From contig NC_068984.1 in assembly GCF_001194135.2 (NCBI RefSeq), positions 67,664,056 through 67,728,055 of the forward strand: DNA of 64,000 nucleotides, in the 5' to 3' direction. The notes beneath the pieces are model-generated. The model was not told the DNA's origin. It saw only the letters and a list, made by a program, of their open reading frames with translations, and searched no databases. The DNA is from Octopus bimaculoides. Taxonomy: Eukaryota. Below, piece by piece: positions 63,399 through 64,000 of this stretch. Every line of letters begins with the position of its first letter. The first letter of the stretch is position 1. The translations under genes and the position numbers were made by a program.

Positions 63399-64000
63399 AT
63401 GTTATACCAATATGTCATTGCTCAACAAAAGCCATGCACGTTTTAAAATTTTATTTCTAACAATATAACTTCAAAAAAGAAATACAGAAAAATAATATAT
63501 ATTAATATGCAAAAAATAATACTTTTATACTCAATATAGTAGTAGATGAGCCCGTGAAAATTGTGAGACATAACAACTACTCTTGAATTCCTCTTACCAT
63601 TTGAAATCTTTCATTCGTATTGTCTCTCTTATGCTCATTTCGTTCTCACGGCTGAAATACACATTGCATTTACATTTTCTGCTCTTCTTTGCCACTAATC
63701 TACAGATTTGTTCAGCGACTAATCCCTCTTGTTCTCTTATTGGCTAACATCATCTCTCACTGTTGATATTTTTTTTAAATTAAAAATATAAGAGGTTCTT
63801 AGTCTAGCAAACGACAATCTGCTTTAATTGAACATGAAAAGCAAACACCTTCTCTTTCCGTCACCTTCCGGACAAAACCACAATCACTGCACCCACTAAG
63901 CAGCATCCTTACCTATAACTTCAGCACTTCAATAGCTACCTTAGTCCAGAGTATATATCGCATACGTATACGTGGGATTATATTATCTTTATAGTATACC

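Overview
This is AT-rich, repeat-dense eukaryotic DNA from a draft assembly with nine N-gaps (about 3.8 kb). I found no host protein-coding exon that I can support, so it is most likely one very long intron or an intergenic tract. The tRNA-derived SINE families match repeats I recognise from octopod cephalopods, so an Octopus-type genome is inferred, not proven. Mobile DNA includes about 15 SINE copies of three families, one near-complete mariner with TIRs and TA target duplication, one Tc1/Tc3-like relic, two DD37D (maT-type) deletion derivatives sharing a junction, and a mariner MITE. There are also LINE fragments of the Tx1/L1, R4/Dong and Jockey/CR1 types, and Penelope-like remnants. The main candidates for a second look are: (1) four minus-strand AG|GT or AG|GC junctions spaced 8-20 kb apart that look like recursive-splicing ratchet points, two sharing the 14-mer TATTTCAG|GTAAGC; (2) hammerhead-ribozyme-like motifs in Penelope-type DNA, one with a compensatory U3-A8 core; (3) a 1.36-kb nested palindrome; (4) a 29-nt templated insertion apparently copied from the neighbouring mariner. 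All calls were made by eye, with no database search.
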